Origin: Cladosporium halotolerans
Lineage: Eukaryota
Length of the DNA stretch: 44,697 nt
Assembly: GCF_011745625.1 (NCBI RefSeq)
Contig: NW_027191518.1
Location: 1 to 44,697, forward strand
Direction of reading: 5' to 3'
A program made the position numbers and the translations under genes. This document shows positions 1-10,153 of this stretch, one piece after another (position 1 is the first letter of the stretch; each line of letters starts with the position of its first letter). The notes under the pieces were generated by a model. The model saw only the letters and a program-made list of their open reading frames with translations. It did not search any database and had not been told where the DNA came from.

Positions 1-55
1 AAAGTCGATGTAAGCGGAAGTTCTGTAACCTTTTACGGTTAGCGCCGCCTTAGGG

Positions 56-2146
56 TTAGTAGGAGATCAGTGTTCTCCTCCGTTGCCTTTTGGCGAGGCC
101 CCCGGTCAAGTGCATGCAGAGCAGTAGCAGCTCGCGGAATCGATCTACCTTCCTTAGATACCTTCGTACATGCGGCATCGCCCAAGACCTCTGATTTCGC
201 ATCTTGCTACCGTCCTTGTCGGAGAGTATACGTTTCAGTGTCCACTTCCGCTTTTCCCGTAGTCCATTGTGAGTGTTGTCGATGAACGAGATACCTCTCT
301 TAGTCCATGTCACATCATCCCGTAACTCGTCGAGCGGAACGTCGAATCGATCGTCGAGCCCGGTAAATAATAGATCCTTCCAAAGCATGTCTTCCGCTTC
401 AGAGATCGCTCCTTGTACCATACTCCTGAATCGAGAAAGCGCGATCGGTTTGCCCCGATAAGACAGTACCAACCGATCTTCGGACCAAGAGACAGCACCA
501 GAGTTGCCATGATTCATCGCCAAGTGCTTGCCGTACGCGAGCATGCTCAGCATCTTGCTCATCACACTGTACGAGCCGTCGGCGAGATAGTCCCCTCGCA
601 CCTGCCTGAACCGCTTATCGTCCTCCTCGTCCTGATCATCCCTTTCTGTAGACGGCAAGATGATTTCGACGGCTAGCACGCGCACGCAGTACACGACACC
701 GGCTAGCATGTATGAGAAGTCGTTCGCTTGACGTAGCCGATTGATCTCCTCGTCGATTCCAAGCACAGCCAGAAAATGCAGAATAGCACTCTTGAACACA
801 TGTCCACGCACTCCTTGAAAAATCAGAGACTCGTAGAAATTGAGTAGAGCCTTCATCTGATCTGCTGCTTCCCAACTTTCTTGTACAGACTTTTTCAAGA
901 CTTTCGCCAGCTCCTTCTGCCTACCGTGCCACGGGAACAATCTGCGAGCATCTTTGAAGACGTCGGTGACAGTTTCAGCCTCCTGACTGTAAGTTCCGCC
1001 TTCGCTTGCTCCCTCTCCGTCATCGCTAATTGTCGCGTCACTATCCTCGTCGCTTTCCGTCTGCTCGTTCGCACTTGTTTCAGTCGTGCCGTTTTCGCTA
1101 TCATCTAGCACACGTAGACAATAACACACTAGCCGAGCAGCGTAGACCGCATATCTTTGCTGGCTATCGCTGTTCTGTAGCCTTGCCAACGGTCTCACGT
1201 CTGCCTCCGCTTGTTTTGCGCTCCGAAGCCATCGGCGAGTTTCGTGATCGAGAGTCGAAAGCCCACCAACGCATCGTTCGATGAGACTGCTATTCAGCTC
1301 TACCACTCTCTGAAGCACTTGTTCCTCCCGATCCGGCAGTCGACTCGCTCGGCTTAAGTGTTTGAGATTGCATCCGGCTAGATGTTCCGCCCATTTTGTC
1401 CTCTTGAACCAAAGCGTGTGATCAGTCTTCGCGACCTCTGCATCTGCAACCTCAAGCGTCTCTTGATGTCTATCGACAGCTGCATCCCACTCTCCATAAA
1501 CTCCAGAAAGATCAATCTCATCTAGCGCTGATTGTCGACTTTCTTCTCTTCCTGCAGCAACCAGTCCTGTGTTTGCTCCTTCCTCATCTTCGTTAGATTC
1601 GGCTTGCTCCCGACCAGTGTAGTCAACGGTGAAATATTTCTGTAGCCCAGCTGATTTGAAGAAAGTTTGAACCCAGACACAATGCCAGTGTTCCCGGTCC
1701 CCTTTTGAAGACTTCCAATCGTGTGCTCTGTTGCAGTGTTTACGCATTTCATCCCGGCTGATCGAGATGCGCTCGCATTCCGGTTCCTCACAGATGAATG
1801 CAAGTATCGGCTTTCCCAGTTCCTGAAACGGCTCTCCTAGCGGCGGGGGTAACATTACGTCTTTCGGTGTTTGTAAGTCATAGCTAGCGAATGCTGTAGC
1901 GACTTTTCTCTTCTCGACGTCTTTACCCGAATGAAAGATACGAAGATGTTGTGCAACACTCCCAATCGCATATTCGTGTTCGCGACAGACGATAATCTTG
2001 TATTCCGGAATCCATTGTAAAAATTCGCTCGCATTTTCTACCGTGAGCACGGTATTGCTTTTGACTGTTTTGCTGCGGCTGCTTTGTTTTGACGTCTTTC
2101 GCGTGTCTCCACCTAAGCGGGCGACTTCTACGCTCTCCGACGCCAT
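56..2146 (-). CDS. DUF3505-domain protein resembling the N-terminal part of fungal telomere-linked RecQ helicase (TLH) genes; 3'-truncated
   Basis: 696-aa ORF. WIPEYKIIVCREHEYAI..VAQHLRIFH and C-EEPEC..MRKHC..H..VWVQTFF..KYF are DUF3505-like. W..RT.WAEHLAG and HFLAVLGID motifs follow. The ORF runs out just after LLLCMHLTGG, with no helicase domain in the window. Confidence 0.7.
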   Translation of the reverse strand: MASESVEVARLGGDTRKTSKQSSRSKTVKSNTVLTVENASEFLQWIPEYKIIVCREHEYAIGSVAQHLRIFHSGKDVEKRKVATAFASYDLQTPKDVMLPPPLGEPFQELGKPILAFICEEPECERISISRDEMRKHCNRAHDWKSSKGDREHWHCVWVQTFFKSAGLQKYFTVDYTGREQAESNEDEEGANTGLVAAGREESRQSALDEIDLSGVYGEWDAAVDRHQETLEVADAEVAKTDHTLWFKRTKWAEHLAGCNLKHLSRASRLPDREEQVLQRVVELNSSLIERCVGGLSTLDHETRRWLRSAKQAEADVRPLARLQNSDSQQRYAVYAARLVCYCLRVLDDSENGTTETSANEQTESDEDSDATISDDGEGASEGGTYSQEAETVTDVFKDARRLFPWHGRQKELAKVLKKSVQESWEAADQMKALLNFYESLIFQGVRGHVFKSAILHFLAVLGIDEEINRLRQANDFSYMLAGVVYCVRVLAVEIILPSTERDDQDEEDDKRFRQVRGDYLADGSYSVMSKMLSMLAYGKHLAMNHGNSGAVSWSEDRLVLSYRGKPIALSRFRSMVQGAISEAEDMLWKDLLFTGLDDRFDVPLDELRDDVTWTKRGISFIDNTHNGLREKRKWTLKRILSDKDGSKMRNQRSWAMPHVRRYLRKVDRFRELLLLCMHLTGGLAKRQRRRTLISY

Positions 2147-2294
2147 CCCGCGAAAATATCACCTGGTAGTAAGAACGATGCAAATAATTGTCTTTGAGCG
2201 CGTATACTTTCTTATTCGCATAAAGTGTCTTTCGTATCAATATTCAGATGTGTTTGAGCATTATACGGATAGTGTGTCGCAGTAGCGGTGAACT

Positions 2295-2367
2295 TGGGGG
2301 CTGTTGACGTGGGGGCTGTTGATGTTCAAGCGGGCTAGCCGAAAACGGAAATGGGGGCAGTTGACGT
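2295..2367. repeat. Three copies of TGGGGGC(T/A)GTTGA in the divergent intergenic region
   Basis: Copies start at 2295, 2310 and 2352. Confidence 0.8.
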
Positions 2368-2371
2368 CGAC

Positions 2372-2447
2372 AGGCCCCTACCGGTCATATTGGTTAGGCC
2401 CCTACCGGTCATATTGGTTAGGCCCCTACCGGTCATATTGGTTAGGC
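2372..2447. repeat. Perfect 24-bp tandem repeat, about 3.2 copies (AGGCCCCTACCGGTCATATTGGTT)
   Basis: Read directly from the sequence. Each unit contains CCCCT and ATTGG. Confidence 0.95.
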
Positions 2448-2531
2448 TCAAAGGAGCTTCTCAGCTTGTGCCTCATCCTCATCTTCGATCGTAAATTATT
2501 TTCAACCAGCCCACTATCAATTCCAATCAAG

Positions 2532-2798
2532 ATGTCTGCTCCGAACGTCAACAAGCCCAACGAGGGTATCATCGGCCAGGCTGCTAATTCTGTCAAGAAC
2601 GCCGCCAACTACGTCTCCGAGTCTACACAGGGCAACACCGCTGAAGCTTCCAAAGAAGCCAATAAGCAACAAGCCAAGGGTAACGCCGGAGACACCTCTT
2701 TCACTGGTCGTGCCGAGGGTGCTCTCGACGCTGCTTCCGACAGAATTGATCAGAAGAAGCACGAAGGCTCCGCGAAGGCCAACAAGGACAACATCTAA
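2532..2798 (+). CDS. grg1: Glucose-repressible protein Grg1/ccg-1-like small hydrophilic stress protein
   Basis: 88 aa. VKNAANYVSE..QG..ASKEANKQQAK..RA..ALDAASDRIDQKKHEGSAKANK matches the Grg1 family pattern. Confidence 0.85.
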   Translation: MSAPNVNKPNEGIIGQAANSVKNAANYVSESTQGNTAEASKEANKQQAKGNAGDTSFTGRAEGALDAASDRIDQKKHEGSAKANKDNI

Positions 2799-3141
2799 GC
2801 TTGTCGATGCCAATGCTCTTCGTATGTCCCCTAGTAATTTGCCTCTAATGGATGCCTTTTATTGCCACTATAGCCACTAACGACTCACAACAGCCTCAGC
2901 GATAACGATCACATATTATCTCACGCAATTATTGTCTATGATGCGCCAGCAGAGTAGGCAAACAGAATAAAGGTAGCCATTTAGCCTTTATTTATTACCG
3001 CAATTCATTATCTTGAGATAACACTATTTAAAACATGTAAGGGCACTTAGGGCCTAAGTAGTATAGCGCAAGGAATGCGAGTCGCGTTCTTTGGCCCCTC
3101 CGCCTCGCGACATTTGCCCCTGTCGCGCCGCTTTGACAATT

Positions 3142-3185
3142 CCCGACGGTTGCGCCTGACGGTTGCGCCTGACGATTACGCCTGA
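3142..3185. repeat. 13-bp tandem repeat (CCTGACGGTTGCG), about 3.4 imperfect copies
   Basis: cccgacggttgcg cctgacggttgcg cctgacgattacg cctga. Confidence 0.85.
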
Positions 3186-3193
3186 GTAGTATC

Positions 3194-6100
3194 ATTTGAT
3201 TTGATTTGATATTCCATTATGCCGGTGTAGCTTCCTTACGGGTCCATGCGGGTTGTTACTATGTATGCTATCAAGGAGGAAAACCGTGGCCGCGGCCCGG
3301 GTGAAAACTCCTTCTCTAAATGGATGGCCATTGCCCTGCCGCCAGTGAGTCTACGATACAGTAAGACGTAGCTGCGCGCCTTCGATGCGCTTTAACAATC
3401 GCCATCATCCTCATCCACGTACGTCCCCGGCCTTCGTCCTCGTCGTCTTGGTTTTGCGTCATCCGCTGTCCTCGCCAGAGAGAACTGGGCGAGGATGTCC
3501 CGCCGCAGGAACCACTTGGTCACGCACGTAGGCCTGCCTCAGTTGACAGCAACTTTGTGTAGTCCGTCGTCTTTGCTTCTGCTAGCATCTTTGCCCGTCC
3601 TGTCGTGTGTGCAGGACAAAATAAGATGACGTGTTTTGGAGTCTGTCGCGGCCAGCCGCAGCCGCAATCTGGTTTCGAGTATCCGGGTACGCGCCTCCGA
3701 CATACGTAGTCGTTCAGACCGACGTGCTTGGTCCTGAGTAGCGTTGCCACTGTACTCTCGGCCCTGGTTAAATTCTCCTTCGTCTGTAATCCCCGAGTCC
3801 ACGTCGCACGCGCTGCAACGGATAGGCTGCTATCCTTCGCCGACGCACGTGTTTCCTGCTGGTACCTGGTCCACTTGGCTTTCCAAGCTTCTTCGAGCTC
3901 TCTTCTCGCAGCTGTCGTGTTCCCGCAACGCCTGGTCGGGCTCGATTGCTGTCGCATCGATTCGACTTTTGCTCGAAATTGGTCGGTGTGTCTTGTCGGA
4001 ATGTTGCCTTTCGTCCGGAAGCGGCGCTGAGCCCTTTCATCCGTAGCCTTGCGGGCCTCTTCCACAGCCCGGTCGCCCGGACAGTCCTCCGTTCTACGAA
4101 CATGGTTGACCGCCAGCATTTCGAGGTGGAGGTCCAAGGGTGCGAGGCTCGCCTCATGTTCCAGCACCCGGACATTTGTCGTCTTGTATGCGCCTGTGAT
4201 GGTTCTGAGGCACCTGTTCTGTACTGTCTGTAGTGGATAGATCAGTCTGTTTCGGTTGGCTCGTTCATCTCCAGTGAACACCACACCGGGCAGCCATAGG
4301 AGAGTACTGGACGGACGACAGCAGCGCAGATCTGCCTTGCCTTGGCGAACGTAGCTCCCCACGTGCTCTTGGTCAATCGGGTAATTGACGCCATGTGTGC
4401 CGCCACCTTTGCTGCCGTCAGGTTGACGTGAGGGCCCCATTTGAGCTTCGAGTCTAGGTGGATTCCGAGGATTCTCATCACTGGCACTGGCCCGTCTTGG
4501 AATTTGGGCATCCGTACGGTCGCCTGCATGTTGAACTTCTTGGGGCGGCGAGTGAAATGCATCAGCTGGTACTTCTCGGGCGCGAAGGTCGCGCCGTGTG
4601 TGCGTGCCCAGGCCATACACTTCTCGTTGGCGCTTTCCAGATCTCGACAGTTCGCTTCCATGCTTCTGCTGAACGTGAGTATGTTGGTGTAGTCCACGAA
4701 GCCGATCGCGGTCGTTGCTCTGGCGTTGAGCTGCGGGAGGAGGGTGGAAGCGAAGAAGAGAAAGAGGATCGGTGATAGTGTTGAGCCCTGGAGAATACCC
4801 GATGTTGTGGATCGGACCCTGTCTTCGTATGTGCCTAGCGTAAGGGTCGTTGTCCGACCGGTCAAGAAGGAGCGGATATAGCTGGCTACCCACTGCGGTA
4901 TCCCCGCGTCCCGGATATTGTGAACCAGCCTCTCGTGAGAAACATTCTCGAACGCTCCAGAGATGTCCAGGCTGAGCATGCTCGCCACCAAAGTGGGATC
5001 GTTCGCCCATACCGTCTGGATCTGCTCGGTGAGCATTTCTAGCGCAGTGATGGTCGATTGTCCCTGCCGTGCACCCATTTGTGTGACTGGCAGCAAGTTG
5101 TGTTCTTCCGCCAACACTGACATCCGGCGGGCAACGATCTTCTCGAGCACCTTCCCGAGCGTGTTGAGCAGAGCTATAGGTCTGTATGCTTTCGCGACAT
5201 CATATGAGGGCTTCTGTGGCTTCCTCAAGTCTACCGTTCTGGAATGGCGGAAGGGCGTTGGGTGGTAAGATCTCTGCAAGCAGTCTTGGAATAGCTCGGC
5301 TAAAGGTTCCGCGAGTATATCTCTGCACTCGCGCAGGAAGCGGTTGGGTGTACTGTCCGGCCCTGGGGCCTTGTCTGGCGCGATTGTCTTCAGCATGTCT
5401 CTGATCTCGTCCGCCGTGACCTCCTGGCTCATCGAGAGCTCGGGCGGGTAACTTTAGCCCTCGATGTCGGTGAGATCTGCCCTCACCGGTGGCGGAAAGA
5501 AGTGTTCTGCGAGCACGTTGGCTTTTGCTTCGTTTGAGCTGTGGTACGTGCCATCTTTGTCTTTTATCGGTGGGAACTGAGGTGGCGGCGGCGGCTCTTG
5601 GGCTGTTGTTCTTGCCCACTTTGTCAACCGCCACATATTTGCCGGATCACGCATGATATCGGCTACGGTTCGTCTCCAACCCAGCGTGTTGTCCCTCTTG
5701 ATCTGCTGTTTCTTCTCGTTTACCGCCTGGCGGTAGATGACGTAGGCCTCATGAGTGCCATGAGCCACCCACTTCCGTCGGGCTCGTCGAGCCCGCCTGA
5801 CGCTCTCTGTACATTCGTTGCTCCAACCAGTACGGATCCAGCGGGAAGGTCTGGCCAGGGGTATGATGTCGCGGATGGTTCCCTGGATGATCGTCTGTAG
5901 TTTGGCCACCCTCTTATCCAGGGCCTCCAGATCGTCTGTTTGTCGCTGGTCGGAGCAACTTGAGTCGCCCAGGCACTCCTGGTTTAGCTCTCCTAATCGA
6001 TGCTCTAGGCGCTTGCGCACCTACCCCCAGTCCGCCTTGCGCCACTGAGGTTGTGCTGTGGGCTCTGCTTGCTGTGCAACTGATGCCTCGATCGACGTGA

Positions 6101-6467
6101 TCATCGGTATATGGTCGGAGTCCGAGTCTAATTCCTCGCACGGTCGGCATTGTAGCACTTGCTCTATCATCCCTGGCGTCGCAAAGGACAGGTCCAGCGT
6201 GCTCATGCTGCTGCCTGATCCCCACGTCACGGTACCTTGCGGCAAGATCAGCTGTAGGTTGCTCTGGGCTGTGGTTTCAATCAGGGTGTCTGCTAGTGTG
6301 TGTTGAGTAGGTAGCATAGTTCCGCCTCATAGCGGATGATGTAGGTTGAAATCTCTGACCAGAAGGTGTTCACCTGGGCAGTCGAGCGCTAGTGGGAGCA
6401 GCTGCAGGGTGGCAAGGTTACGGCTGGTCAGGAGCTTTGGGGGACGGTTGTAGCAATTATGGATGTG
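3194..6467 (-). mobile_element. Tad1-clade LINE copy A, 5'-truncated and degenerate (partial AP endonuclease, RT, C-terminal cysteine motif, (ATCAA)n tail)
   Basis: APE fragment (DFNLHHPL, TLDLSF, DSDH) at 6021-6467. RT at 4242-5432 (KAPGPD, YRPIALL, LDISGAF, QGSTLSP, FVDY with the second Asp mutated). C-terminal CGCG..QTPKHVILFC. TTTGA repeats at 3194-3210 form the 3' tail. Confidence 0.92.
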
Positions 6468-6684
6468 ACGCCGCGCGTCAGCAGGAAATGAAAACAAGCT
6501 TCTTGTACCTCGCACGTGAGAGGGGAAGAGACGGACAGGAAAAAACTCAGTCCGGGTAGGTGCCTCAGCTTCGGCAGGCATTTCCCAGGAAGCAAGCAGG
6601 ATGGACAGAGACAGTGTACACCTTCCAGCACTGAAGATGCCTAACCTGTGACACGTAGAGAATAGAGGAACGAGGCAGAGGAAA

Positions 6685-7165
6685 GAGATGAGGCTCAGCA
6701 GTGTTGAACACCAAGACAAGCAAGTAGGGGGTGTAGGGGGGCATTGAGCCCAAAAGCCGTGGCATCCAGAGTGTTCGTCAGATAGACATTTGTCTGTCTG
6801 AATGTCTGCAGACTGCCTGCAGACAGGCTTGGCAGGGGCGTCGTGGGCGCATTATCACTATAATAACTTCCAGGACCAGAAACTCTGCAGCATTTACGGT
6901 GAGATATCATCGCAAGGCTATTCTACATATTTGCATCTCAGTTTGGAATAATTGTGGTATATGAACATGAAGAAACGCGTACACCGCGAATTTCCGTGAT
7001 GCCTAATATTCCTTCCACATCCAGTTTAGGGCTGTTTGGTAAAGCATTCAGTGAGGCATCAGTCTGTCTGGTGAACACCCTGGCGTCTTGATGAAGGCGG
7101 GATGGCGAGCAGGATTGTACGGTAAAGGATCAAGGCGAGAGCACAGGGTGAAGATCAAGAAATGC
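6685..7165 (+). mobile_element. 3' UTR fragment of LINE family C, split by a MITE-like insertion
   Basis: Similar to 17960-18150 (plus) and 43920-44110 (minus). 7105-7131 is identical over 27 bp to the reverse complement of 43994-44020. Confidence 0.75.
6767..7082. mobile_element. 316-bp non-autonomous TIR element (MITE-like, CAG termini)
   Basis: Left end CAGAGTGTTCGTCAGATAGAC; right end reverse-complemented CAGGGTGTTCACCAGACAGAC. Flanks are GCATC and GCGTC. The host 3' UTR resumes after the element. Confidence 0.75.
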
Positions 7166-7226
7166 CTGGGACTTAGCCCAGGCCTATCCTAAGCCAGATC
7201 GCTTGCATATATTACTGTATGATTTA

Positions 7227-9069
7227 ACGTGCACGATAAGCGAGCTGAACGCTAAAGCGCGACAACGCGTCTACCACAGTCGTGACGCGTTTATTCACCC
7301 AATCCTAATGGAGTCCACCAGAAATGAAGAACGCTTAATGCTTGCTGTAAAAGCTATTCAAAATGACCCAGATCTCTGCATCCGGGCAGCAGCCAAGACA
7401 TATTCAGTCCCGCATACCACATTGACTATGCGTCTCAGAGGAACATCATCACGACGCGATAGCACGCCCAAATCGCGAAAGCTGACCGATGCAGAAGAAG
7501 GGGCAATTTTGCAGCACGTCCTCGATCTGCACGCGCGGTCATTCCCACCCCGGCTCGCCAATGTGGAAGATATGGCCAACAAATTGCTTGCCGATCGCGA
7601 CTCGCCTCCGGTCGGAAAGCGGTGGGCATCCAACTTTGTGAAACGGCAACCGCGGCTCAGAACACGGTTTATTCGGAGGCACGACCATGACAGGGCCCAA
7701 TGCGAAGATCCAGAAGTTGTCCGTAGTTGGTTCGCGCTTGTACAGAATACCATTGCCAAGTACGGCATTCTAGACGCGGATATCCACAACTTTGACGAGG
7801 CTGGCTTTATGATGGGCGTCATCTCGACGGGCATGGTAGTCACAAGCGCAAACAAACGCTCGAACGCAAGAATGGTCCAGCCTAGAAATCGAGAATGGGT
7901 CACAGTGATTCAAGGGGTCAACTCGCAAGGCTGGACGATTCCGCCCTTCATCGTTGTTGCCGCTCAGTATCACCTCATGACGTGGTACAAAGATAGTCCT
8001 TTACCCGAAGACTGGGTGATTTCTACAACAGACAAAGGATGGACAACGAACGAGACAGCTCTAGAGTGGATCAGGCACTTCAACGATCATACAAGACCCA
8101 GAACTATAAGCAGGTACCGCCTCCTCATACTGGATGGACACGGAAGTCACCACTCCACATCCTTTGAGCTATACTGCAAGGAGAACGAGATCATCACGCT
8201 CTGCATGCCTCCTCACTCATCACATATCCTCCAGCCTCTGGATGTCGGGTGTTTTGGTCCGCTTAAGAAAGCGTACGGGCGACAGATAGAGGAGAAGGTC
8301 CGCGCAGGCATAACCCACGTTGCGAAAGAAGACTTCTTGTCGGCATTTTCGGCTGCGTTTCATGACTCTTTGACAGAGAAGAACATACAAGGGGGCTTCC
8401 GAGGCACCGGACTTGTTCCTTTGGATGCGATGAGGGTGGTATCTAGGCTGGACGTGGCCCCACGAACGCCGACGCCGGTTGAGGAGGACCCCAGGCGCCC
8501 TCGCCTTGGGATCCTCGAACGCCTAGGAATGCGACAGAAGCGACATCACAGTCCAAATTCATCAGAAATCGTATCACCCGCCATCAAAATAGCTCGCCGA
8601 CGTCCGCACTCGATGCAGTAGATCAAATCGTTAGGGGCACACAGGGGGTGATGCTTGAAATGGTACTTTTGAAGTCAGAAAACAAGAACCTTCGTGAGGA
8701 GATTGAAGCACTGAGCCGTCGTCGCCGGACCAAAAAAAGACGTCTCCAGAAGGGATTGAGTCTGTCTTTGGCCGCTGGGCGAGATTTGCAGGTCCGAGAC
8801 GACGATGAGGCCGAGATCAGGGAGGAAAAGCGGCGAAGCAGTGGCCGCAAGCCGAGGGTCGAGGTGCGGCGTCGGCGTTGCGGCGCATGTGGAAACCCTG
8901 GACACGACGCGCGAACCTGTCGGATGGATGCGCAAACGTCTTGAGAAGATAGCCGTGTATTGATTTTCGGCTTCCGAGCCTATTCGCAGTCGATATTCAT
9001 GCTTTGCCTCGCGGAAAAACTGGTAGGTGTTCAGCTCGCTTATCTGTTCAGCTCGCTTATCGTGCACGT
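7227..9069 (+). mobile_element. Full-length Fot1/Pot-like pogo DNA transposon (1843 bp)
   Basis: 24-bp TIR ACGTGCACGATAAGCGAGCTGAAC at both ends. TA target duplication at 7225-7226 and 9070-9071. Internal repeat is doubled in the right TIR. Confidence 0.95.
7308..8944 (+). pseudogene. Fot1-like DDE transposase with a frameshift near 8490
   Basis: HTH-psq and CENP-B HTH, NFDEAG, LILDGHGSH, LQPLDVGCF. The C-terminus with CGACGNPGHDARTC is in another frame. Confidence 0.9.
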
Positions 9070-10153
9070 TAATATGGGGAATGGAACTGTTGTAATGGTT
9101 TCTGTAAAGATTCGTCTATGTGAAGTAGATTTCCTAGATGCGACAATATAAAGGATGAAGTCGATGATAGAACTGGAGCGTGTCTCAGAGCGCTGATTCC
9201 GCCATTTAGATTAGTCGTTAGGCTCACCTGACATACAGATTAATCGTCAGGCTCCCATCCGAAGGAACATCGCCCCACGTATACCAGCAACACTCGAACA
9301 TGGCCTCTACATCGATTGCTGTCTTGATCGGAAAAAGTGTGTAGCGTCGTAAGGTAGTGCTCGTCGTATAGCGATTATTTACTACCACAGCGACAATTTA
9401 TCGTTGTTGTTGAAGAAAGTTGTGACGCATTTCCCTCGCACAGCTATTCCAACAGTTGTCGTGTATCAGAACGGACTCTCCTCGAGCTACGGCCAATCAA
9501 ATTTTGCGCTTTCGGGGTGGTGACAGCACCCTCTACGCACACAGGAGTGGCAATTTTTCTTCGATGAGTTAGCGCTTGGCAATTTGACCGTATTCGCAGT
9601 TGATTTGGTGGCAGCCACGGTGTGATTGTTGCGTGATGCAGTGTCTCGTTCGCACACCCTTGCTTGAGGCCCGATTGCACGCCCAACCTTTCGCTAGCGT
9701 TAGGGCTAGAGCGGATCACCTTATCGGGTAACGGTCCAAATTCGAGAACCACCCTGAAACGGTCATGCCTCCGGCCGTGGTACACTACGGTCGTCCCACG
9801 CTATTGGCGGGGAAACGGGGAATTCAGACAGGCCTTCCATGCGCTGAGGACGGCCCTCTTCCCCGAGATGATCTTTACGAAAGTCCGCCCGCTTCAGGAT
9901 CGCCGGAAAACAACTTCATCACTAAAGCATCACACCTCACTTGCTGGAAGCGTGCCCTTGCCGTTTGCTAATTGAAAGTCACCATTGTGGACGGGGCTAT
10001 ATAGACCTACATCCCATAGGCCAATCACAATCTCATGTACTAAAGCGTCGCCCACGTGCGCTCGTGACTTGGTCCTTGCATTTGATCTCTCCTTCTCCAC
10101 TCCCGCATGCTGCTCTAGCAGCGACCACTACGCCGCTTTGCTCAAAAGAAGAC

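Noticed and set aside
50..59. TTAGGGTTAG telomere-like sequence
   Set aside because: Fewer than two units and in the wrong orientation for a left chromosome end; not a telomeric array.
2372..2447. CRISPR-like repeat array
   Set aside because: Units are directly adjacent with no spacers, and the context is eukaryotic.
2304..2531. N-terminal extension of the grg1 ORF with GPYRSYWL repeats
   Set aside because: Non-ATG start and simply the translation of the 24-bp repeat; the family match begins at ATG 2532.
9444..9975. Short overlapping ORFs upstream of the Zn2Cys6 gene
   Set aside because: No recognisable motifs; probably promoter or intergenic sequence.
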